From the NCBI GenBank assembly GCA_000166095.1, contig CP002278.1:1080001-1112000 (forward strand): a stretch of 32,000 bases of DNA, given 5' to 3'. Below the pieces are notes generated by a model. It was not told the origin of the DNA and did no database searches. It was given only the letters and a program-made list of their open reading frames with translations. Shown one piece after another: positions 25,752 through 32,000 of this stretch (position 1 is its first letter; every line of letters begins with the position of its first letter). A program made the translations under genes and the position numbers. This DNA comes from Methanothermus fervidus DSM 2088 (lineage in GTDB: Archaea > Methanobacteriota > Methanobacteria > DSM-2088 > Methanothermaceae).

Positions 25752-26657
25752 TTATCTGTGTGCCAATCCAACCATTTCATCCACAGACTTAAAATTATTT
25801 TCTTTCATGAATTTTTTAAGCCCATAAACAATGTCTTGAAAAATATTCACCCCTTTATAGAGAATTCCTGTTCCTATTTGTACAGCTCTAGCCCCAGCAT
25901 ATAAAAATTCAATAACATCTTTGTATGTTGTAATTCCACCTACACCAATTATAGGTATCTCCATATTTTCATAAATTTCATATACACAACGTATAGCTAT
26001 TGGTTTTATGGCAGGACCTGACAATCCTCCAAAACGATTGGATAAAACAGGTTTGGCAGTTTTAATATCAATTTTCATCCCAGGTCCTACAGAGTTTATC
26101 AATGTTAAGGCGTCACACCCGCCTTTTTTAGCATTAATAGCTATCTCAACAATATCAGCAACATTAGCAGTTAATTTTACACTTACAGGTAAATTAACAG
26201 CCTTTTTAACAGCTTTAACAACTTCATATGTAAGTTTAGGGTCCTGACCTATAAATGATCCATATCCTTCTCCTGCATGTGGACATGAAACATTTATTTC
26301 TATCATATCAACCAAATCAGATACTTCCTTTGAAACTTCAGCAAATTCTTTTGGAGATGACCCTGCAATAGATGCAATTATAGGTATTTCTTTTTTCACC
26401 TTCTTTAATTCTTCTTTAAAAATTTTGACACCTGGATTGGACAATCCAATTGCATTTAATATTCCACAATCTACCTCAACTATAACTGGGTTTTTGTAAC
26501 CTTTTTTTGGATTTTTTGTAAAAGATTTTGTTACAACCGCACCAGCTCCATGGTCATAAATTCTATTTAATGACGAGGCTGTCATTCCTAAAATTCCTGC
26601 TGCAAGCATTGTAGGATTTCTTAACTTCAATCCACAAATTTCTGTTTCTACATTCAT
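25752..26657 (-). CDS. pyrD: Dihydroorotate dehydrogenase, class 1B-type catalytic subunit
   Basis: LKLRNPTMLAAGILG, NAIGLSNPG, IEINVSCPH and GGLSGPAIKPIA are canonical PyrD motifs. 301 aa. Confidence 0.9.
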   Translation of the reverse strand: MNVETEICGLKLRNPTMLAAGILGMTASSLNRIYDHGAGAVVTKSFTKNPKKGYKNPVIVEVDCGILNAIGLSNPGVKIFKEELKKVKKEIPIIASIAGSSPKEFAEVSKEVSDLVDMIEINVSCPHAGEGYGSFIGQDPKLTYEVVKAVKKAVNLPVSVKLTANVADIVEIAINAKKGGCDALTLINSVGPGMKIDIKTAKPVLSNRFGGLSGPAIKPIAIRCVYEIYENMEIPIIGVGGITTYKDVIEFLYAGARAVQIGTGILYKGVNIFQDIVYGLKKFMKENNFKSVDEMVGLAHR

Positions 26658-26820
26658 GGGTTATTCCTCACAAACTTTTTACAAATAAATTTAACAAATT
26701 TTCTTTGAAAGAAAATTAAAATTAAGTTTTTAAGAATTATCCTTATACTAATATTAGAATATAAAAAATTTTGTACTCGGCACAAATAAATTTGATAGGG
26801 GGTTTCAACAATTGAGTAAG

Positions 26821-27900
26821 ATGAAATGTTATCTTGTCACATGTATTGCAGGTTTTATAGCTTTAGATGAGAATTTCAATATTATTGATTTTGAACCATT
26901 TAGAGGAAATAATATCAAAAAAATATTGGAATATCAGGAAGGAGAATTTTTAAAAGAAGAATCAAATATAATAGAGAGATTATCTAAAAAAGCATCTGAA
27001 ATTTTTGTTGAGAGGTATCATCCAAAATATGAAGATTTTGGAAATGTTGTAGTTGAATGTCCACATAAAGGTGGAGAATATGTAAGAGAAAATCTTCCAG
27101 AAATTTTAAAGGAAATAGGTAAAAAATATAAAAAAGACGTGCACGATGTTTTACTTAAATTAACACGGGAAAAAATTAAAAAGAGCGTAAAAAAAGATGT
27201 AACATTAGTACAGGCTGTCAATGCTTTGCAAGATGTTGAAGAAACATTGAATAAATTAATAGAAAGATTGAGAGAATGGTATAGCATACATTTTCCTGAA
27301 ATGGATAAAATAAGGAATCATGAAGAATATGTGAGGCTAATAACAAAATTTAAGAAAAGAGAAAAAATAATGAAAAAACTTAAAATAAAAGATACTATAG
27401 GCGCTGACTTTAAAGGTAAAGATGTAAATATCATAGTAGATTTTGCAGAAAAGGTAGAACAACTACAAAATATCAGAAAAAAATTGAGAAGATACATAGA
27501 TAAGAAGATGAAGGACATTGCACCAAATTTAAGAGATGTGGCTGGATCATTACTTGGTGCAAAATTAATTGCACATGTGGGAAGTTTAGAAAGATTAGCC
27601 TCATTACCTTCCTCAACAGTGCAAGTATTAGGCGCTGAAAAAGCTTTATTTAGACATTTAAGAAGAGGAGATAAACCTCCAAAACACGGACTTATATATC
27701 AACATCCATATATATGGAGAGCTAGATACCATATTAGGGGAAAAATTGCTAGAACTTTAGCTTCTGCAATTTCCCTGGCAGCTAGGAAGGATTTATTTAC
27801 AGGAAAACATGATCCAAACATTAAAGCAGAGCTTGATAGAAAAGTTAAAAAAATAATGAAAAAATATTCTAAATCCAAAAGAAGGAGACGAAAAAGATGA
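26821..27900 (+). CDS. nop5: C/D box sRNP core protein Nop5 (Nop56/58 homolog)
   Basis: It has [47 protein letters not shown] and a KKE/R-rich tail. It overlaps flpA by ATGA. I prefer the ATG at 26821 over the TTG at 26812. Confidence 0.9.
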   Translation: MKCYLVTCIAGFIALDENFNIIDFEPFRGNNIKKILEYQEGEFLKEESNIIERLSKKASEIFVERYHPKYEDFGNVVVECPHKGGEYVRENLPEILKEIGKKYKKDVHDVLLKLTREKIKKSVKKDVTLVQAVNALQDVEETLNKLIERLREWYSIHFPEMDKIRNHEEYVRLITKFKKREKIMKKLKIKDTIGADFKGKDVNIIVDFAEKVEQLQNIRKKLRRYIDKKMKDIAPNLRDVAGSLLGAKLIAHVGSLERLASLPSSTVQVLGAEKALFRHLRRGDKPPKHGLIYQHPYIWRARYHIRGKIARTLASAISLAARKDLFTGKHDPNIKAELDRKVKKIMKKYSKSKRRRRKR

Positions 27901-28553
27901 TAGAGCTGCCAAATTTTCGTTTCTATAAGAAAAAACTTTTAACTTTAAATTTAACTCCTGGATTTAGAGTGTATGGTGAAAAATTGTTAAAAATTGGTGG
28001 GAAGGAATATAGGGTGTGGGATCCTTATAGATCTAAATTGGCTGCTGCAATACTAAATGGACTCAAAAAATTAACACTTACTCAAGATTCAAGAGTTTTA
28101 TATTTAGGGGCATCTTCAGGAACTACTGCATCACATATCTCTGATATTTGCAGGGATGGAATGTTATATTGTGTTGAAATTTCAACAAGAATGGTCCGGG
28201 ATTTAATTAAGGTTTGTGAAAAAAGAGAAAATATGGCACCATTACTTGAGGATGCAAGGAAACCAGAAAGATATTTACCTTTTATAGAGAAAGTTGATTT
28301 AGTTTATTGTGATGTTGCACAACCTGACCAAACAAATATTTTCATTGAAAATATGCGGCTATTCTTAAAAAATTCTGGACAAGGATTTATAGCAATAAAA
28401 GCTAGGAGTATTGACACTGCTAGAGATCCAAAAGAGATTTTCAAAGAAGAAAAACAAAAATTAAAAGAAGCAGGGTATAGAATCCTAGAGAGTATTAGAC
28501 TAGAACCATATGAAAGAGACCACATTGCATTTTTAGTTGAACATAGGGAATAA
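27897..28553 (+). CDS. flpA: Fibrillarin-like rRNA/tRNA 2'-O-methyltransferase
   Basis: It has [18 protein letters not shown], the SAM motif [18 protein letters not shown], and DVAQPDQ. 218 aa. Confidence 0.95.
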   Translation: MIELPNFRFYKKKLLTLNLTPGFRVYGEKLLKIGGKEYRVWDPYRSKLAAAILNGLKKLTLTQDSRVLYLGASSGTTASHISDICRDGMLYCVEISTRMVRDLIKVCEKRENMAPLLEDARKPERYLPFIEKVDLVYCDVAQPDQTNIFIENMRLFLKNSGQGFIAIKARSIDTARDPKEIFKEEKQKLKEAGYRILESIRLEPYERDHIAFLVEHRE

Positions 28554-28559
28554 TGGGTT

Positions 28560-28958
28560 TTAAGTTGCTGATTTAGCGCCTTCAAATATAAGTTCCACAT
28601 AATCGTATGGTGTCTTCCCTATAAATTTGTAAAGTTCTAATTCTGGCATTTTTTTAAGTTCTTCAGTCTTTATACCTTCCTTTTTACTTAATCCTTCTAA
28701 ATAATATTTAAAGTCTGGGCCTAAGTTGTCTTGTAATCTATAACCTCGCCCAATAGCTGCTAATTCGCTTTTATCATATCCTTTAAGTAATTCATCTATT
28801 TTCTTCTTCAAAGATGGATTTAAATGCTTAAATGTACCACATTCAATTGCTGAGATAACATCCTTTGGAACTCCCAATTCTTCAGCTAGTTCTTCTTGTG
28901 TTTTTCCTTTAACTTTCCGATATCCAAGTATTATATCTTTAAGATCATCAACAATCAT
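28560..28958 (-). CDS. XRE-type helix-turn-helix DNA-binding protein
   Basis: GKTQEELAEELGVPKDVISAIECG is a classic HTH_3 pattern. The likely start is MIVDDLKD at 28958. Confidence 0.6.
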   Translation of the reverse strand: MIVDDLKDIILGYRKVKGKTQEELAEELGVPKDVISAIECGTFKHLNPSLKKKIDELLKGYDKSELAAIGRGYRLQDNLGPDFKYYLEGLSKKEGIKTEELKKMPELELYKFIGKTPYDYVELIFEGAKSAT

Positions 28959-29128
28959 ACTTCTACCTCCACACAAATCTCTATTTTTTCATGAATAAAT
29001 AATTTTATGTAAGTATTACTAACTATCATTGGAAACATTAGAGTGCAAAGAAATTTGCTTTTATTGAAAAAAATATTATTCAAAAAAGAAAAATAGGGCT
29101 GTAGTGTGTAAGCAATGAAAAAGTTTGG

Positions 29129-29728
29129 ATGGTGGAGATATTTGTGATAATCAAAGAAGCTATTAATGAAATTATCAACAGTGTCAAAAAAATTCAATCT
29201 GAGATAGATTATTCAGCTGCTGAAAAAATGGTGGAATTAATATTAAACTCAGAAAATGTTTTTGTAATTGGAGCAGGACGATCTGGATTGGTTGCTAAGG
29301 CATTTGCAATGAGGCTTATGCATTTAGGAATAAGTGTTTATGTTGTGGGTGAAACAATTACTCCAGCAATAAGGAAAGGAGACAGTTTAATAGCTATATC
29401 AGGGTCTGGAGAAACAATCTATGTTGTAAATGCAGCTAAGATTGCTAAAAAGAGAGGATCAAAAATTATATCAATTACATCTTACCCAAATTCAACTTTA
29501 GGAAAACTATCAGATTTAACAATTGTTATTAAAGGCAGGACAAAAATAGATAAGGAAAAAGATTATCTAACTAGACAAATAAAAGGGCAACATATATCAA
29601 TGGCACCATTAGGGACAATATTTGAGATTTCGTGCCTGGTGTTCCTTGATGGCGTTGTTGCAGAATTAATGACCAGGATGAGTAAAACTGAAGAAGATTT
29701 AAGAAAAAAACACAATGTTTTAGAGTGA
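29129..29728 (+). CDS. 6-phospho-3-hexuloisomerase (SIS domain)
   Basis: VFVIGAGRSGLVAKAFAMRLMHLGISVYVVGETITPAI..DSLIAISGSGET is the PHI/SIS signature. The size of about 195 aa is typical. Confidence 0.8.
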   Translation: MVEIFVIIKEAINEIINSVKKIQSEIDYSAAEKMVELILNSENVFVIGAGRSGLVAKAFAMRLMHLGISVYVVGETITPAIRKGDSLIAISGSGETIYVVNAAKIAKKRGSKIISITSYPNSTLGKLSDLTIVIKGRTKIDKEKDYLTRQIKGQHISMAPLGTIFEISCLVFLDGVVAELMTRMSKTEEDLRKKHNVLE

Positions 29729-30418
29729 AATACGGTGAGGACAGGTATAAACATTAAACCTTCTATCTCTAACAAAACCAACAATGGTTATGTTGTAGTC
29801 TTTAGCTAAAGACAGTGCAGAATACATAGGAGCTGCATTTGAAATTACTATAGGTATTCCTAATCTCGTAAGTTTTAAAATTAAGGAATCAGATACCCGA
29901 CCACTATAAACAACAAAACTTTCAGAAAAATTTAAATTTTTTAATATACCATGGCCAAGTACTTTATCTATAGCTGCATGACGACTTATATCTTCCTCAA
30001 ATATTTTATTTCCATCCGATATTAACCCAGCTATGTGCGTGCCTCCAGTTATTTTCCATATTTTAGCATTTTTTTCCAAGGATTTAAAAGATTCAAAAAC
30101 ATCCTCTGTTGAAATTTTAAGCTTAGATTTCACTGGAGATAAAGGTAAGGAATCTTTATTAACCTTAACTATTATAGTTTTTCCATCAATCTTCAATTCA
30201 TGTATATTTTTTAGGGATTTAACAATCCCATTTCCAAAAAGGTAACCAATTGTGAATGCTTTCAAAGATTTTGGTGTTATACGATATTTTTTGGTTTTTT
30301 CATTTATTTTTAATAAAAATTCTACATCATATGGAACAACTTCCTTTATTCTCTTCTTGGAATTATCTTTAAACCTTAATGCAGATACTTCTCTATACAA
30401 CATATTTGTATTTTCCAA
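29720..30418 (-). CDS. fdhD: FdhD-like sulfurtransferase (formate dehydrogenase accessory protein)
   Basis: GGTHIAGL, ISRHAAIDKVLG, SGRVSDSLILKLTRLGIPIVISNAAP resemble FdhD/NarQ family motifs. An alternative start MLYREV lies at 30403. Confidence 0.75.
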   Translation of the reverse strand: MENTNMLYREVSALRFKDNSKKRIKEVVPYDVEFLLKINEKTKKYRITPKSLKAFTIGYLFGNGIVKSLKNIHELKIDGKTIIVKVNKDSLPLSPVKSKLKISTEDVFESFKSLEKNAKIWKITGGTHIAGLISDGNKIFEEDISRHAAIDKVLGHGILKNLNFSESFVVYSGRVSDSLILKLTRLGIPIVISNAAPMYSALSLAKDYNITIVGFVRDRRFNVYTCPHRISL

Positions 30419-31319
30419 AGTATGGTGACCTCCTATGTATAGCTTCTATAAATAATTTTTTTAACATATAGTTAGATTTACACTTCAAAGCTGGTTTTAG
30501 ATCAACTAAATTGTCATTTCTTAAAAGACATGGCTTTATTTTTGCATCAGGTGTTATTCTCAACCTAGTGCAATTTGCACAAAAAACAGAATTATCCATT
30601 GGTCTAACAATTTCAATTTCACTACCGTCAATAAAGTATTTCTTACGTCCATGCATAAATTTCCTTTCCATGACTTTTTCTGCTTTTTTACGTATCTCCT
30701 CTTCAATGGAATCTAAGCTTTTATAATATTTCTCAAAATAATCCGAATTATCATCTATCTTAACCAATTCTATTATTTGTAAAATTGCTCCATGCTCTTT
30801 ACAAAATTCAAATAAATCCCAAACTTCATTTTCATTTATGTCTTTAAGAATTAGCATGTTGATCTTTACAGGGTGTAAACCTGCTTCAATTGCTTTTGAT
30901 ATCCCCTCTTTAACTTTGTCCAAAAAATCTTTTCCAGTTATAGATTTGTATATATGATTTTTCAATGAATCAAGACTTACATTTATTCTGTCAAGACCTG
31001 CTTTTTTTAACTTATATGCATAATTTTTAAGATATACTCCATTAGTTGTCATTGAAATATCTTTAAAATTAAGAGAGTTTAAGGCAGAAATAATTTCAAC
31101 TATATCTTTTCTTATTAAAGGTTCTCCACCAGTAATCTTTACTTTATTTATATCAAATTCCTTAGCCACCTTACATATCCTATAAATTTCTTCTTTGGAC
31201 ATTTCATAATTAGTGGGTAAAGTACCTTCCTTATGACAATATATACAGTTAAGGTTACACCTACGTGTTACAGATATTCTTAAAGACTTTATAGGTCTTC
31301 CAAACCTATCTTTAATCAT
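30393..31319 (-). CDS. moaA: GTP 3',8-cyclase MoaA (radical SAM, molybdopterin biosynthesis)
   Basis: It has DRFGRPIKSLRISVTRRCNLNCIYCH, TGGEPL, and a C-terminal CANCTRLRITPDAKIKPCL second cluster. Confidence 0.9.
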   Translation of the reverse strand: MIKDRFGRPIKSLRISVTRRCNLNCIYCHKEGTLPTNYEMSKEEIYRICKVAKEFDINKVKITGGEPLIRKDIVEIISALNSLNFKDISMTTNGVYLKNYAYKLKKAGLDRINVSLDSLKNHIYKSITGKDFLDKVKEGISKAIEAGLHPVKINMLILKDINENEVWDLFEFCKEHGAILQIIELVKIDDNSDYFEKYYKSLDSIEEEIRKKAEKVMERKFMHGRKKYFIDGSEIEIVRPMDNSVFCANCTRLRITPDAKIKPCLLRNDNLVDLKPALKCKSNYMLKKLFIEAIHRRSPYFGKYKYVV

Positions 31320-31358
31320 TTTAATCTCCTAATGAGCTAGTAAAATGTGTTTAAATTC

Positions 31359-31410
31359 TCAGTAAAAAAGTTCATCATGGCTTTAGCTCAGCTAACCCTC
31401 TTTTCATCAC
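31359..31410 (-). ncRNA. Weaker candidate C/D box sRNA
   Basis: The minus strand reads GUGAUGA(C)-AAAGAGGGUUAG(12 nt)-CUGA(D')-GCUAAAGCC-AUGAUGA(C')-ACUUUUUUA(9 nt)-CUGA(D). Box order is correct but there is no convincing terminal stem. It lies in the moaA upstream region. Confidence 0.3.
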
Positions 31411-31441
31411 TCATAACAGTGGACTACCCTACAGAATCTAC

Positions 31442-31881
31442 TTGAGCTACTCCCTACGGAGCTTCCTGCTTCATAGAGAAAACTTGCCCAAACTATATCC
31501 CTACAGGAGATAGTTTTGAGTAGAGTATTCTTTTAAACAGGCTATCAGGGCTACCCCATACTCTCAACAGTATTCTATATATTCTACATGCTGATATATA
31601 ATCCCTTAGTTTATTCTTACATGTTAGAAAATAATTATAAACATGCCTACAAATCTCTAAACTTTCCAATAGCTTATTTTTTGTTTTTTACTTGGATAAA
31701 GTCTGGATTTATATAAGTATATTCATGAAAAAAGTAATGGATAATATATAGTTTTCCTTTAGGAATTATTGCGTTGGAGAAAGAAAGAGTAGAAAAGAGA
31801 GTTTGTATATTTTTTAGAACAAGTGTTAGTTTTGTACTTCATCTATATAAATACTTTTCCTATTTTTTCATCCCTGATAGA
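31442..31881 (-). mobile_element. MITE-like internal-deletion derivative (M4) of the tnpB element
   Basis: The right-end block 31442-31620 is nearly identical to 14463-14640. It is followed by the tnpB 5' remnant and the left-end block, truncated at ..CCCTGATAGA. Confidence 0.75.
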
Positions 31882-31919
31882 AATAAGGCTTTTTTATGAG
31901 GTTTTTGTCTGAAAAAAAA

Positions 31920-32000
31920 TTAAGCGATATATAAAAAAGAATCACCAAATATCAATAAATCCACGTTCATGCCCTTGGCCTGTGAGATGCAATGCATATC
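31920..32000 (-). CDS. 3' end of an unidentified gene entering from the right edge
   Basis: The minus-strand frame is open to the window edge (..DMHCISQAKGMNVDLLIFGDSFLYIA*). It is too short to identify. Confidence 0.25.
   Translation of the reverse strand, partial: DMHCISQAKGMNVDLLIFGDSFLYIA

Noticed and set aside
28977-29128. Further C/D box sRNAs or other ncRNAs in the remaining intergenic regions (also 26658-26811, 11014-11237, 16929-17010 and 1833-1923)
   Set aside because: I scanned both strands for UGAUGA...CUGA pairs at plausible spacing. I found none with correct box order.
4634-30726. About 27 short ORFs antisense to, or nested in, larger genes (4634..4825, 7108..7296, 7427..7825, 7856..8068, 8019..8213, 9861..10043, 11284..11526, 12233..12445, 12454..12696, 16466..16666, 17025..17363, 18454..18771, 19209..19415, 20363..20611, 21387..21590, 23368..23595, 23702..23995, 23787..24071, 24487..24723, 26008..26247, 27018..27287, 27318..27518, 28304..28600, 28955..29197, 29563..29784, 30033..30245, 30511..30726)
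   Set aside because: Each overlaps a longer ORF with recognisable motifs on the other strand or in another frame. Their compositions (Ser/Leu/Phe/Ile-rich, no motifs) are what shadow frames of AT-rich coding DNA produce.
31379-31400. tRNA-like string TAGCTCAGC
   Set aside because: There is no acceptor stem, anticodon arm or T-loop (GTTCxAxxC) in either orientation. The match is just the 13-bp palindrome TTAGCTCAGCTAA.

Overview
Strongly AT-rich archaeal DNA. The gene content and the CRISPR repeat, which ends in ATGGAAAT, look Methanococcales-like; this is inference only. Core genes are intact: tsaC/yrdC-like, cobT-like (TIGR00303/UPF0284), a PflX-like radical SAM gene, an MptD-like gene, pyrD, nop5, flpA, a 6-phospho-3-hexuloisomerase gene, fdhD and moaA. 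The accessory content falls into four groups. (1) A full type I-B cas operon on the minus strand (cas6-cas8b-cas7-cas5-cas3-cas4-cas1-cas2, 2699-11013). Six consecutive genes each carry one frameshift inside a mononucleotide run. Only vestigial CRISPR material surrounds it: two convergent 2-repeat mini-arrays with inverted, near-identical leaders (765-858 and 2498-2593), a solitary repeat between cas1 and cas2, a degenerate repeat at 11983-12009, and 3-4 copies of a long leader-like element carrying a [G/C]TTATAA x4 palindrome. (2) A tnpB-only IS200/IS605-type element (14463-15804) whose TnpB lacks the usual zinc finger. It is accompanied by three internally deleted MITE-like copies and one left-end fragment, all in the same orientation. 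(3) A possible conflict or surface locus (15894-25312). It holds a roughly 1700-aa secreted CARDB/DUF11-repeat protein, broken by two homopolymer frameshifts, that ends in a glycine-rich hydrophobic segment and an unassignable tail. Paralogous polytopic membrane proteins flank it, and their gene-end/gene-start junction (about 75-100 bp, containing an SD hairpin) recurs three times. A duplicated promoter block is also present. (4) Dispersed pilin-like genes and two candidate C/D box sRNAs. All ten frame breaks I could resolve lie in homopolymers and in accessory genes only. I cannot distinguish real decay, slippage-dependent expression and local assembly error from the sequence alone.
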